Source: Centroscyllium fabricii (taxonomy: Eukaryota). From it: a stretch of 64,000 nucleotides of DNA. Below, piece after piece: positions 13,070-26,100 of the stretch (the stretch's first letter is position 1; each line of letters starts with the position of its first letter). The DNA is taken from assembly GCA_051313645.2 (NCBI GenBank), contig JBNRSN020000003.1, forward strand, positions 219,294,001 through 219,358,000. The letters are read 5' to 3'. The notes below the pieces were generated by a model that was not told the origin of the DNA, did no database searches, and saw nothing but the letters and a program-made list of their open reading frames with translations. Both the position numbers and the translations under genes were made by a program.

Positions 13070-13200
13070 TGACGTATCGTCAATACCTCAGATTAAAAGA
13101 GTCGACGAGTAGTTACCGAAACTAAAGGCTTTTAATCGCTAAGAACGGAGCTGCCCTCCGGAACAAACTTCTGTACAGGAATGAGGAGCCTTGGTCAGTT
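13070..13200 (-). mobile_element. Partial LTR (U5/R end) of the tRNA-less Gypsy family
   Basis: Begins TGACGTATCGTCAA and contains GACGAGTAGTTACC and GGCTTTTAAT like the other LTRs, but is a distinct variant joined directly to RT sequence. Confidence 0.85.
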
Positions 13201-15764
13201 TGTTTCGCCGTGTGCAGGAATGTGGCGAGGTTGGCATCGTGGTCCTGCTGGTCATGGCCGCAGATGGTCACGTTGTCCAAGTAGGAGAAGGTGGCCTGCA
13301 ACCTGTTCTGGTCAACTATGCGGTCCATCTCCCTCTGGAACACCGACACCCCGTTGGTCACACCGAAGGGGACCCGGAGGAAGTGGTAGAGCCAGCCGTT
13401 CGCCTCAAAGGCGGTGTACTGGCGATCTGATTTCCGGATGGGAAGTTGGTGATACGCCGACTTGAGGTCGATTGTGGAAAAGACCTTGTACTGGGCGATC
13501 TGGTTTACCATATCCGAGATGCGGGGGAGGTGGTAGGCGTCGAGCCCGGTGTAGCGGTTAATCGTCTGGCTATAGTCGATGACCATGCGCAGTTTCTTGC
13601 CCGTCTTAACCACCACGACCTGGGCCCGCCAGGGGCTGGTGCTGGCCTCAATGATCCCTTCTTTCAGCATGCGCTTGACCTCCGACCTGATGAACGCCCG
13701 GTCCCCTGCACTGTAACGGCGGCTTTTGGTAGCAATGGGCTTGCATTTAGGGTCGAGATTGGCGAACAGTGAGGGGGGTCGACTTTTAATGTGGACAGGC
13801 CGCAAGTCGAGCTCCGCGTTAAGTTGGGAGTGTCCCGGCTACTGACGGTGGGGGGGCCAGGGTTCCACCGAAATCCATCGTCACGCTCTTCAGGTGACAC
13901 TGGAAATCCAGTCCCAGTAAGACTGGGGCGCACAGCTGCTGGAGTACGTACAACTTAAAGTTGCGGTAAATGCGGTCCCTGATCGTGAGCGTGATGCTGC
14001 AGTAGCTGGTGACGTCCGCCGTGTGGGACTTTGTGGCAAGGGAGACTTGGTAGTGCGTGGGCTGGGTCTGCAGTGCATAGCGCCGCACTGTGTCGGGATG
14101 TATAAAGCCCTCTGTGCTACCGGAGTCGAACAGGCAGTTAGTGGCGTGCCCGTCCACCTTAATCCCCATCATGGAGTTGGACAAGGTGTGCGGCCTAGCC
14201 TGATCGATGGTGGCTGAGGCCGAAGTGTATGTGTGTGAGTGGGGGCCCTCCGTGAGCTGGGGCCCCGGCCAGGGCGGTTGGCAAGACGGCCACTCAGAAG
14301 ATGGCGGCGCTGGCGATTCGCACCAGTCCGGCTGCTGTGGACAAGATGGCGGCGTCCGTGGTTCGCACGAGGCCGACTGCAGTGGACAAGATGGCAGCGT
14401 CCGTGGTTCGCACGTGGCCGACCGCTGTAGATAAGATGGCGGCGCCTGTGGTTCTTACGCGGCCAACCGCTGTGGATAAGATGGCAGTGCCCGTGGTTCG
14501 CACGCGGCCGACCGCGGTGGACAAGATTGCGGCACCGGGGGGTCGCACATGGCTGGTCGCGGTCGCGTTTGAGATGGCGGCGCCTGTGCCGCGCGCGCGG
14601 CCAGCCTCCGCCGTACAGTTAAAGGGGATTGAGGCACCCGCGATTGACCCCCGGCTGACCGCTGCTGGGTCGCGGTGCAACACCGTACCTGGAGCCACGG
14701 AGTGGCTTAGCTGTTCTCGCAGGCCGCGCTGTTGGGTCTGGAGGTGGAGGCTGGGCTGGATTTGCACACCTTCGAGTAGTGCCCCTTCTTCGTGCACCAC
14801 GCGCAGGTCGCATTCTTCGCGGGGCACTGCGTCCGCGGGTGCTTGCCTTGGCCGCAGAAGTAGCATCTGTGCCCCACCGGTGTCTTCGCAGTCGCCGCTG
14901 CCATCATGGGGGCCTCGGCCCGTCGCTGTGTCGCCCAGGGGTCAGGGGTACATTGGGAGCCGTGATCTCCGTACACATCCAGCTTTTGAAGCGCTCCGTC
15001 CACCGCGTTAGAAAGCATTATCGCGGACTCGAGCGACAGTGTGTCCTTCTCCAGCAGCCGCTGGCGGGCCTGGCTGGACCTGAGTCCAGCCACATAGGCA
15101 TCGCCGATTAGGAGGTTCGCCTCTTCCTCCACTGTCCTTGCCTTGCAGTCGCAGGCCCGTGCGAGGGCTTGGAGCGCTAGTAGAAATTGTTCATTTGACT
15201 CACCGAGTCGTTGTCTTCTGGTCGCCAGAACATGCCTGGCATAGACCGAGTGGGCCGGGCGCATGTAGCAGTCCTTTAATTTCTTGACTGCTTCCTCGTA
15301 AGTCTTGAGGCCGCGGATAAAGGAGTACACCCAGGCGCTGATCCGTGATGAGAGAACCTGGAGTTTGTCCTCATCACTCGTAGCCTTTACGGCCTTCATG
15401 TAGGCCTCGACCAGGCCAAACCAGTGTTCAAAATCGTTAGCAGCCTCGGGTGCCTGAGGATTTATGTCGAGGCGATCCAGTTTCACTGCGTTACTCTCCA
15501 TGTTTTAAAAATTTAGTTAATAAAATTGACGTATCGTCAATTAATCACACAAAGATGAGTAGTTACCTAAACTACAGGCTTTTATTAACTAAGAATGGAG
15601 CTGGTCTCCTGATGAGGTCAAGGTGAAGAATGAGCGGGGGCAGGGCAGCACTCACCTATATGCTCTGACCTGAGGGGAGGAGTTAGGGGTGTGGCTGACC
15701 TGGCCTACAATACAGTATAGGTGAACCAGCAACTATTTACAGTGGTTATTACACGACTACCACA
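13201..15764 (-). mobile_element. Gypsy copy B1: 5' LTR 15527-15764, gag (ATG 15501), PR, truncated RT
   Basis: Gag MESNAVK.. with CYFCGQGKH..C and CAWCTKKGHYSKVC knuckles, PR LFDSGSTE, RT YLDN. Stops and frameshifts are present. Confidence 0.93.
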
Positions 15765-16800
15765 CACGGGAAGGTGCCGAAAGGGGTGCTGGGGGTGGTA
15801 GAGGAGGTGGAGGCTGGGCTGGACCTGCACACCTTCGCGCAGTGCCCCTTCTTCGCGCACCGCTCGCAGGTCGCATTCCTCGTGGGGCACTGCGCCCGTG
15901 GGTGCTTCCCTTGGCCGCAGAAGTAGCATCTGTGCCCCACCGGTGTCTTCGCAGCCGCCGCTGCCATCGTGGGGGTCTCGGCCTGTCGCTGTGTCGCCCA
16001 GGGTTCAGGGGTACCATGGGGGCCGTGGTCTCCGTACGCCTCCAGCTTTGGGAGTGCTCCCTCCACCGCATTAGAGAGAGTTATTGCGGACTCGAGCGAC
16101 AGTGTGTCCTGCTCCAGCAGCCGCTGGCGGGCCTGGCTGGACCTGAGTCCAGCCACATAGGCATCTCGGATTAGGAGGTTCGCTTCTTCCTCCGCCGTCC
16201 TTGCCTGGCAGTCGCAGGCCCGTGTGAGGGCTTGAAGCGCCAATAGGAACTGTTCGTTAGACTCACCAAGTCGTTGTCTTCTGGTCGCCAGGACATGCCT
16301 GGCATAGACCGAGTGGGCTGGGTGCATGTAGCAGTCCTTCAGTTTCTTAATCGCTTCCCCGTACGTCTTGAGGCCGCGGATAAAGGAATACACCCGGCCG
16401 CTGATCCGTGATGAGAGTACCTGGAGTTTGTCCTCATCACTCGTAGCCTTTACGGCCTTCATGTAGACCTCGACCAGGCCGAACCAGTGTTCGAAGTTGT
16501 TAGCAGCATCGGGTGCCTGAGGATTGATGTCGAGGCAATCCGGTTTCACTGCATTACTCTCCATGTTTTAAAATTAAGTGAATAAAATTAACGTATCGTC
16601 AATCAAACGCAAAAGACGAGTAGTTACCCAAACTACAGGCTTTTATTCACTTACAATGGAGCTAGTCTCCTGTCGGGTTGAAGGCGAGAGTGAGCGGGGG
16701 CAGGGCAGCCCTCACCTATATGCTCCGACCTGAGGGGAGGAGTTAGGGGTGTGGCTGACCTGGCCTAGCATACAATGTCAAGGTGAGCACATCAACTATG
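15765..16800 (-). mobile_element. Gypsy copy B2: gag (ATG 16564) and partial 5' LTR 16589-16800
   Basis: ORF 15749-16564 is homologous to the B1 gag. The LTR is cut at 16800 by the next element. Confidence 0.92.
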
Positions 16801-19800
16801 TGACGTATCGTCAATAGTCTTAATAAAACCACAGACGAGTAGTGACCTTAACTAGAGGCTTTTATTAGCTTACAACGGAGCTATGCTCCGATCGAACATC
16901 AGGTACAGAATGAATGGGGGCCGGTCAGTCCCCACCTATAAGGCACTCACCTGAGGGGAGAAGTTAGAGGTGTGGCTGACCTGACCCCGCGACAGTGTCG
17001 CAATACAGGACAGTTACATCATGCACCCGACCGCTATACATACATGTAATATTGGTAACAATATTAGGGTGGTAATAAGGGTACATATAACGGTTACCAC
17101 ATTCACCCCTTCTTTGAAAATCAAGTCCGGCGGGGTGAACGGACAGAGCAGTTCATGATTAGCTTATCCGGCGGTCGCGTCTGTCTGGAGGACCGCCGGG
17201 TCTCTGTCAAATGTTCTGGTTCCTGCAGCATCGGCGGCGCTGGAGCCGGTGGTGGTGGCGGCGGCGCTGGTGCCGGTACTGTAGGTGCTGGTGGTGGCGG
17301 TGGGTCCGAGCCGTGCGGTTGCTGCTGTGCCTGCAGCTGATCATCCGAGTCTTGGTCCTCAGCTGGCAATGGTGGGGGCTCCGAACCATACGGTAGTGGC
17401 GGCCAGCCTCCGGTGGGTTGTGGGTCGTGTATTGGCCAGTGGTCGATATGTAGTGGCTGGAGGTGGCCGAAATATAGTGGCTGGGCGGGCTGCTGCCCGA
17501 CCAGGGGCTCTGCTGTGGTGCTCCCGGCGGGCGCTAGGTCCCTGATGGAGATGGTGTCCTCGCGCCCATCCGGGAACTGTACGTACGCATACTGCGGGTT
17601 GGCGTGCAGCAGCTGCACCTTGTCTACCAGGGGGTCGGTCTTATGGCTGCGGATGTGCTTCCTAAGCAAGACCGGCCCCGGCATCGTGAGCCACGGTGGA
17701 AGGACTGTCCCCGAAGTCGACTTCCTGGGGAATGAAAACAATAAGTCGTGAGGTGTGGCGTTGGTTGCCGTACACAGCAGAGAGCGGATGGAGTGCAGCG
17801 CGTCTGGGAGGACTGCCTGCCAACGGGACACTGGAAGGCCTCTGGACTTCAGGGCCAGGCTGACCGCCTTCCAGATGATCCCGTTCTCCCTTTCTACCTG
17901 GCCGTTCCCCCGGGGGTTGTAACTGGTCGTTCTGCTTGAGGCAACCCCTTTCTGAAGCAGAATCTGACGCAGTTCGTCGCTCATGAACGACGCCCCCCGG
18001 TCGCTATGGATGTAGCTGGGGAGACCGAAAATAGCGAACAACGTGGTGAAGTGTTTGATCACCGTTGCGCTCGTCATATCTGGGCAGGGGAAGGCGAAGG
18101 GGAAGCGGGATAACTCGTCTACGACCGTGAGGAAGTACGAGTTGCGGTCGGTGGAGGGGAGGGGGCCTTTGAAGTCCACACTTAGACGTTCAAAGGGGCG
18201 GGTGGCCTTAATGAGATGCGCCGTGTCTGGCCTGAAAAATTGGTGTTTGCACTCGGCGCAAACAGGGCACTCTCGGGTCATAGCCTTGATCTCCGTGATG
18301 GAGTAGGGGAGGATACGAGATTTAACGAAGTGGGCAAGTCTGGTGACACCCGGGTGGCAGAGGCGATCGTAGAGTTCCTTCAGCCGGTCTAGCTGGGCAC
18401 TGGCGCACGTTCCCCTGGACAGTGCGTCCGGGGGGTCATTGAGTTTGCCTGGTCGGTAAAGAATGTCGTACTCGTAAGTCGAGAGCTCGATCCGCCACCG
18501 CAGGATCTTATCATTCTTGATTTTACCCTTTTGTTTATTATTAAACATAAACGCGACCGACCGTTGGTCGGTGAGCAGGGTAAAACGCTTACCGGCCAGG
18601 TAATGACGCCAGTAGCGCACGGCCTCCACGATGGCCTGGGCCTCCTTTTCCACTGCAGAGTGGCGAATTTCGGGTCCCTGTAAGGTGCGGGAGAAAAACG
18701 CTACGGGCCTGCCTGCCTGATTCAGGGTGGCGGCAAGGGCAAAGTCCGAAGCGTCACTCTCCACCTGGAAAGGGATGGATTCATCAACAGCGTGCATGGT
18801 CGCCTTGATAACGTCTTCCTTGATCCGGGCGAATGCCGTTTGGGCTTCTACCGAGAGGGGGAAGGCGGCAGCCTTAAGGAGTGGTCTGGCCTTATCCGCG
18901 AACTGGGGAACCCATTGCGCGTAATAGGAGAAAAATCCCAGACATCTCTTCAGGGCTTTGGGGTTGTGAGGAAGGGGCAGTTCCTGTAAGGGGCGCATAC
19001 GCTGTGGGTCAGGACCGAGGACCCCGCTTTCCACCACGTATCCGAGGATGGCGAGCCGATCTGTACTAAAGACACACTTGTCTTTGTTGTATGTGAGATC
19101 TAGCCGTTTCGCCGTGTCGAGGAATTTGGCCAGATTGGCATCGTGGTCCTGCTGGTCATGGCCGCAGATGGTCACGTTGTCCAGGTAGGGGAAGGTGCCC
19201 TGCAACTCGTTCTGGTCAACCATGCGGTCCATCTCCTTTTGGAATACCGACACTCCGTTGGTCACGCCGAAGGGGACCCGGAGGAAGTGGTAGAGCCGAC
19301 CGTTCACCTCGAAGGCGGTGTACGGGCGGTCGGCTTTCCGGATCGGGAGTTGGTGATACGCCGACTTAAGGTCGATTGTGGAGATCACCTTGTATTGGGC
19401 GATCTGGTTAACAAGGTGGGGGAGGGGGTAGGCATCGAGCCCGGTGTAGCGGTTAATGGTCTGGCTGTAATCGATAACCATCCGATGTTTCTCACCAGTC
19501 TTAACCACTACAACCTGGGCCCGCCAGGGGCTGGTGCTGGCTTCAATTATCCCCTCCTTACCTGAGAGCTTTCGCAGGCCATCGTAGGGGTCTCGACCCG
19601 TTGTGGGGCTGCCCACGTGTCGTAAGCTTGTGGGTTTGGGCCGCCGTATGCCTGCAGTTTGCGGCGTGCGCCCTCCACAGAGTTGGAGATAGAGATCGCC
19701 TCCACCAAGGTTAAAGAGTCTTTTTCCAGCAGCCGCTGGCGGGCCTCTGCGGACCTGAGTCCCGTTACATAGGCGTCCCGGACGAGGAGGTTCGCCTCCT

Positions 19801-20499
19801 CTTCTGCCGTCCGTGGTTGGCAGCCACAGACCCGGACCAGGGCTTGGAGGGCCTGCTCGAACTGTTCATTTGACTCACTCGGTAGTTGTGGTCTGGTCGC
19901 GAGCACGTGTCTGGCGTAGACTGAGTGGACCGGGCGGTCATAGCATTTCTTCAGTTTAGCCACCGCATCGGGGTACGTTTTGGCGTCACGGATGAAAGAG
20001 AATACCCGGCTGGAGATTCTGGATCGGAGAACCTGTAGCTTGTTCCCCTCGTTTGTAGCCTTGGCGGCGTCCATGTAGGCCTCCAGGAGGCCGAACCAGT
20101 GTTCGAAGGTGTTGGCGGCGGCTGGGTCCTGTGGACTAATGTCCAGCTTTTCGGGTTTCACAGCGCCGCTCTCCATTTCAAATTTTTAAGCTAATAAAAT
20201 TGACGTATCTTCAATAATCTAATAAAACTAAAGACGAGTAGTTACCTTAACTCAAGGCTTTTATTAGCTTACAATGGAGCTACGCTTCGATCGAACATCA
20301 GGTACAGAATGAATGGGGGCCGGTCAGTCCCCACCTATAAGGCCCTCACCTGAGGGAGGAGTTAGAGGTGTGGCTGACCTGGCCCCACGACAGTGTCGCA
20401 ACACAGGACAGTTGCATCATGCACCCGACCGCTACACATACAGATAATATTGGATATAATATTATGGTGGTAATTACTGTATATACAACGGTTACCACA
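16801..20499 (-). mobile_element. Gypsy copy G: LTRs 16801-17101 and 20201-20499; gag N-terminal part plus open RT-RNaseH-IN (17121-19616); zinc knuckles and protease deleted
   Basis: The 831-aa ORF has YLDN, ESDASD, HPGV..CPVC, VDFKGPLP, HSDRG and NGQVER. The polypurine tract AAGAAGGGGTGAA precedes the 3' LTR. Confidence 0.94.
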
Positions 20500-20605
20500 A
20501 GTTCAAAATAGGATATCTAATTGTGATGTCGAGGTAGCAGCAACAATAGTGATTGAACTATTGTTAACTTGCATTCTTATTGCTGTGGTCCACAAGCAAT
20601 GTATT

Positions 20606-21373
20606 GGCCTGGATTTTGTGGGACCAATGACGGCGTATGCACAGTGTACGCCATCGTAAGCCTTGTAAAAGGCCCCGCAAGTTCCGGATCCCCATATGCA
20701 CTGCACTTGCGTGAAAACCTGGAACTTGCGATCTGTCAAGATTCGCCTTGACAGATCATACGAACTGACCCAAAAGTCACTTTTGCTGGCGCTGGGTTGG
20801 GCTATTTGCCTAACTACTGCCAAGCAAATGACCACAAAACCCTTATGCCTGGTAAAAGCAGGCACAGGGCCTGCTTCCACCAGCATAAGGGTTAAATGTT
20901 AAATTAAAAATGTAAAAATAAAAAATCATCCAGAAAGATTTAAAATTCGTTTCTGTATTTGGCCTGGATTAAAATGTTTAAAATAATTTTTTTTAGAAAT
21001 GAATTTTTTATTGTAAATTTTTCAATAAAGGACTTTTAATTAAATTTGAAAATGGGAGCAATTATTTTTATTCTAGTTGTGTAAATTATGTAATAATTAT
21101 TTGTGGATTGGGTTCATGATAGTGGGGATTCCGTTCTGGAATCCCCATAAGCATATGAGGAATCCTCCTTTCTGATTGGAGAACCTGGCCTATGTGATCC
21201 CAGGGACACTTCCGAACCGCCTGCGTCCCTGGGATCTGTGGGCCTTTGCGCAGGCATACACCTGCAGGCCCAGGACCCGACGTCCCCAAAGCCCTGGAGC
21301 CAGCAGGTAGGTTTATCTTTTTTGTGTCGGAGGCGTACTCTGGAGTTACTCCTACGACCACAAATTCCAGCCT
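20606..21373. mobile_element. MITE, Harbinger-like
   Basis: Imperfect TIRs GGCCTGGATTTTGTGG / CCACAAATTCCAGCCT, 3-bp TSD ATT, AT-rich core. Confidence 0.7.
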
Positions 21374-21519
21374 ATTATATCTTTCAATTGTTTTTTTATT
21401 TGTTTTGGGGATATGGATGATGCTAACAATGTAGTATTGATTACTTATTCTTGAACTGCTGCAGTCATTGTGCTGTCATGAAGTTATTTAGGGAATTCCA
21501 GAATTTTCACCCAGAAAAT

Positions 21520-21673
21520 GTGCGGGTTAGGTTGATTGGCCATGATAAATTGACCCTTAGTGTTAGGGGGATTGAATATGTGGGGTTACGGGGATAGGGT
21601 GGTATGTGTGTCGGTGCAGGCTCGATGGGCCGAAATGGCCTCTATCTGCACTGTAGGGATTCTATGATTCTAT
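21520..21673 (+). mobile_element. SINE 3' half (HE1/V-SINE-like) with CR1-type tail
   Basis: GGTTAGGTTGATTGGCCATGATAAATTGACCCTTAGTGT core, then GATGGGCCGAAATGGCCT and a (GATTCTAT)n tail. A related inverted copy lies at ~40129-40345. Confidence 0.65.
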
Positions 21674-21848
21674 GAAAATATGAAAATATGAAGGAATAGC
21701 AATCTATTTACAACTCTAGATGGTGTGTGACATGGAGGTGATGATGTTTTCATGATGATGTTGTTCTTGTCATGCAGGTTATTATTATTGTTGGGACATA
21801 TTCCCTGCTTTTATATCTTTAAAATAATAAACATTTTTTATGTTGCAG

Positions 21849-22112
21849 GTATTTTAGTGAATGGTTTGGTGAACATCAACATATCTACAATTGAGAAGCG
21901 ATACAACTTGAACAGCTTCCTCACAGGATTGATTTCTACAGGTTATGATATGTCCTTCTGTGCCTTATCCCTCTTTATCTCTTACTATGGACAAAAGGGA
22001 CATAAGCCACGGTGGCTGGCTTTCTCAGCTTTTATGCTTGGATTGGGATCCCTTGTGTTTTGTCTTCCTCATTTCACCAGTGGCATGTATAATTATGGTG
22101 CTGAAGTAAGAG
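21849..22112 (+). CDS. SLCO4C1: Internal coding exon (264 bp, phase 1-1) of an organic anion transporting polypeptide, SLCO4C1-like
   Basis: Acceptor TTTTTATGTTGCAG and donor AG|GTATGT. Encodes GILVNGLVNINISTIEKRYNLNSFLTGLISTGYDMSFCALSLFISYYGQKGHKPRWLAFSAFMLGLGSLVFCLPHFTSG, the N-terminal OATP segment, closer to SLCO4C1 than to SLCO4A1 as I recall them. Confidence 0.88.
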
Positions 22113-23191
22113 GTATGTTTTTTATCTTTTGTTTATCTAACGTTCACGGCTATTACCCCTTTGAAACTGACCGCAACGTCAGGATGTAGCGCATATGCAT
22201 CTAAATGCGCAAATCCTGAAGTTGCAGTCAGTCACTCACTGCTCTGACACTGGTTGCATTGTGCCCCTCCACAGTCTCCCCCCGCCTCCCCACTCCCGCC
22301 AGCCCCCATAGCCACCAATCAGTGAAGTAAGTGAAACTGATGAATGCTTGGGATTTCTGCGGTAATACTGCTGTTAAATACCCCATTAAATCTTAAGCCT
22401 TAGCAAAATACTGCGGATGCTGGAAATCCGAAATAACAACAGAAAACGCTTGAAAAACTCAGCAAGCCAGGCAGCATCGGTGGAGAGAGAAACAGAGTTC
22501 ATGTTTCAGGTCAATGACCTTTCTTCAGAACTGGAGAAACCAGGAGAGGGGATAGATTTGAAGGCTGGTAGGGGCTGGGGAAAAGGGGAGGGGCTGAAAG
22601 AACAAAGGGAAGGTCAGCGGAGATTAAGAGACATTGAGAGACATTGGCCCAGAAATTAGGATCGGAGGCTTGCCGCGAGTGCAAGCCTCCAAAGTTCACT
22701 TATGGAGCGCACCTGCCGTTCTCGATTTCTCGCACTTGAACTCCCGATCCAGAGGCCTTCTGAAACTCCCCCGCGCTACGCTGGGGCTACTGAATGTCAG
22801 AGTTAGTGCGAGGCTTCCTGCGGGATCACGTGGTTCGCGGGGAGCCAATCAGAGCAAAGCATGCTCCATTCATAAGTTTGACAGAAAGATCTGTCAAACT
22901 TATGAAATACTAGAGCCCCCAAACCACACTAAACCTTAAAATAAATTTTAAAAAACATCACATTTTTAAAAATTACTATCAATAACATAAATTTGCTATT
23001 TTAAACAAAAAGTAAACATTAAAAATTTTTTTTTAAAGTTTTTAACGGGCCTAAAAATGAACTTACCTGTCTTTAAAGTTAAAAAAAATGAAAAACCTGT
23101 GAAAAAAATGCTTAAATTGAATAAAATAAAGACTTACCTGATGAAATCCACTCCTTGCGCCTGAAAAAAGGAGCCGTAAATATTTAAATAC

Positions 23192-26100
23192 TGTGGTAAT
23201 CGTGTAAATACCACTGTGAATAGTTGATGGCTCACCTTGTATTGTATTGTAGGCCAGGTCAGCCACACCCCTAACCCCTCCCCTCAGGTCGGAGCTTATA
23301 GGTGAGGGCTGCCCTGCCCCTGCTCATTCTTCACCTTGACCTCATCAGGAGACCAGCTCCATTGTTAGTTAATAAAAGGCTGTAGTTTAGGTAACTACTC
23401 GTCTTTGTGTATTAATTGACGGTACGTCAATTTTATTAACTAAATTTTTAAAACATAGAGAGTAACGCAGTGAAACCGGATCGCCTCGACATAAATCCTC
23501 AGGCACCCGATGCTGCTAACGATTTCGAACACTGGTTTGGCCTGGTCGAGGCCTACATGAAGGCCGTAAAGGCTATGAGTGATGAGGACAAACTCCAGGT
23601 ACTCTCATCAGTGATCAGCGGCCGGGTGTACTCCTTTATCCGCGGCCTCAAGACTTACGAGGAAGCGGTCAAGAAATTAAAGGACTGCTACATACGCCCG
23701 GCCGACTCGGTCTATGCCAGGCATGTTCTGGCGACCAGAAGACAACGACTCGGTGAGTCAAATGAACAGTTTCTACTAGCGCTCCAAGCCCTCGCATGGG
23801 CCTGCGACTGCAAGGGAAGGACAGCGGAGGAAGAGGCGAACCTCCTAATCTGCGATGCCTATGTGGCTGGACTCAGGTCCAGCCAGGCCCGCCAGCGGCT
23901 GCTGGAGCAGGACACACTGTTGCTCGAGTCCGCGATAATGCTTTCTAACGTGGTGGACGGAGCGCTTCGAAAGCTGGAGGCGTACGGAGATCACGGCTCC
24001 CACTGTACCCCTGACCCCTGGGCAACACAGCAACAGGCCGAGGCCCCCACGATGGCAGCGGTGATGGCGAAGACACCGGCGGGGCACAGATGCTACTTCT
24101 GCGGCCAAGGAAAGCACCCGTGGGCGCAGTGCCCCACGAAGAATGTGACCTGCGCGCGGTGCGCGAAGAAAGGGCACTACGCGAAGGTGTGCAAATCCAG
24201 CCCAGCCTCCACCTCCAGACCCAACAGCCTGCGAGAACAGCGATGCCACTCCGTGGCTCCAGGTACGGTGTTGCAGCGTGACCCAGCAGCGGTCAGCCGG
24301 GGGTAAATCGCGGGCGCCTCAATCCCCTTTAACTGTACGGCGGAGGCTGGCCGCCCGCACGGCACAGGCGCAGCCACCTCAAACGCGACCGCGACCGGCC
24401 ATGTGCGACCCCCGGCGATGCCATCTTATCCACAGCGGTCGGCCACGTGCGAACCTCGGGCGCCGCCATCTTATCTACAGCGGTCGGCCGCGTGTGAACC
24501 ACGGACACCGCCATCTTGTCCACTGCGGTCGGCCGTGTGCGAACCACGGGCTTCGCCATCTTGTCCACAGCAGCCGGCTGCATGCGAATCGCCAGCGCCG
24601 CCATCTTCTGAGCGGCCATCTTGCCAACCGCCCCGGCCGGGGCCCCAGCTAGCGGAGGGCCCCCACTCACACACATACACTTCGGCCTCAGCCACTAACT
24701 GCCTGTTCGACACCGGTAGCACAGAGAGCTTTATACATCCCGACACAGTGCGGCGCTACGCACTGCAGACCCAGCCCACGCACTACCAAGTCTCCCTTGC
24801 CTCAAAGTCCCACAGGGCAGATGTCACCGGCTACTGCAGCGTCACGCTAATGAGCAGGTACCGCATTCACCCCCCCTCACTGTTCGCCAATCTCGACCCT
24901 AATGCAAGCCCATTGCTACCAAAAGTCGGTGTTACAGTGCAGGGGACCGGGCGTTCATCAGGTCGGAGGTCAAGCGCATGCTGAAAGAAGGAATCATTGA
25001 GGCCAGCACCAGCCCGTGGCGGGCCCAGGTCGTGGTGGTTAAGATGGGCGAGAAACTGCGCATGGTCATCGCCTATAGCCAGACGATTAACCACTACACC
25101 GGGCTCAACGCCTACCCCCTCCCCCGCATCTCGGATATGGTAAACAAGATCGCCCAGTACAAGGTCTTTTCCACAATCGACCTCAAGTCGGCGTATCACC
25201 AACTCCCCATCCAGAAATCCGACCGCCACTACACCACCTTCGAGGCGAACGGCCGGCTCTACCACCAATGGGGTGTCGGTGTTCCAGAGGGAGATCGACC
25301 GCATGGTTAACCAGAACGGGTTGCAGGCCACCTTCCCCTACTTGGACAACGTGACCATCGGCGGCCATGATCAGCAGGACCATGATGCCAACCTCGCCAA
25401 ATTCCTGCACACGGCGAAACGGCTGGACCTAACGTACAATAAAGACAAGTGTGTCTTTACTACGGATCGGCTCACTATCCTCGGATACGTGGTGGAAAAC
25501 GGGGTCCTCGGCCCCGACCCACAGCGTATGCGCCCCTTGCAAGAGCTGCCCTTACCTCACAACCCAAAAGCCCTGAGGAGATATCTAGGGTTCCTTTCTT
25601 ATTACGCGCAATGGGTCCCCCAGTACGCGGGTAAGGCCAGACAGCTCCTCAAGGCCGACATCTTCCCCCTCTCGGCCGAAGCCCAAACGGCATTCACCCG
25701 GATCAAGGAAGACATCATCAAGGCGACCATGCACGCCGTTGATGAGTCCATTCCCTTCCAGGTGGAGAGTGACACTTCGGACTTTGCCCTTGCCGCCACC
25801 CTGATCCAGGCAGGCAGGCCCGTAGCGTTCTTCTCCCGAACCCTACAGGGACCCGAAACTCGCCACTCAGTAGTGGAAAAGGAGGCCCAGGCCATCGTGG
25901 AGGCAGTGCGCTACTGGCGTCATTACCTGGCCGGGAAGTGTTTTACCCTGCTCACTGAGCAACGGTCGGTGGCATTTATTATTAAACAGGGTAAAATCAA
26001 GAATGATAAGATCCTTCGGTGGCGGATCGAACTCTCGACTTACGAGTACGACATTCTTTACCATCCAGGCAAGCTCAACGAACCCCCGGACGCACTGTCC

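Noticed and set aside
21752-22189. 145-aa ORF as a complete small membrane protein
   Set aside because: Only 21849-22112 is OATP-like and bounded by AG/GT. The rest is intron read-through.
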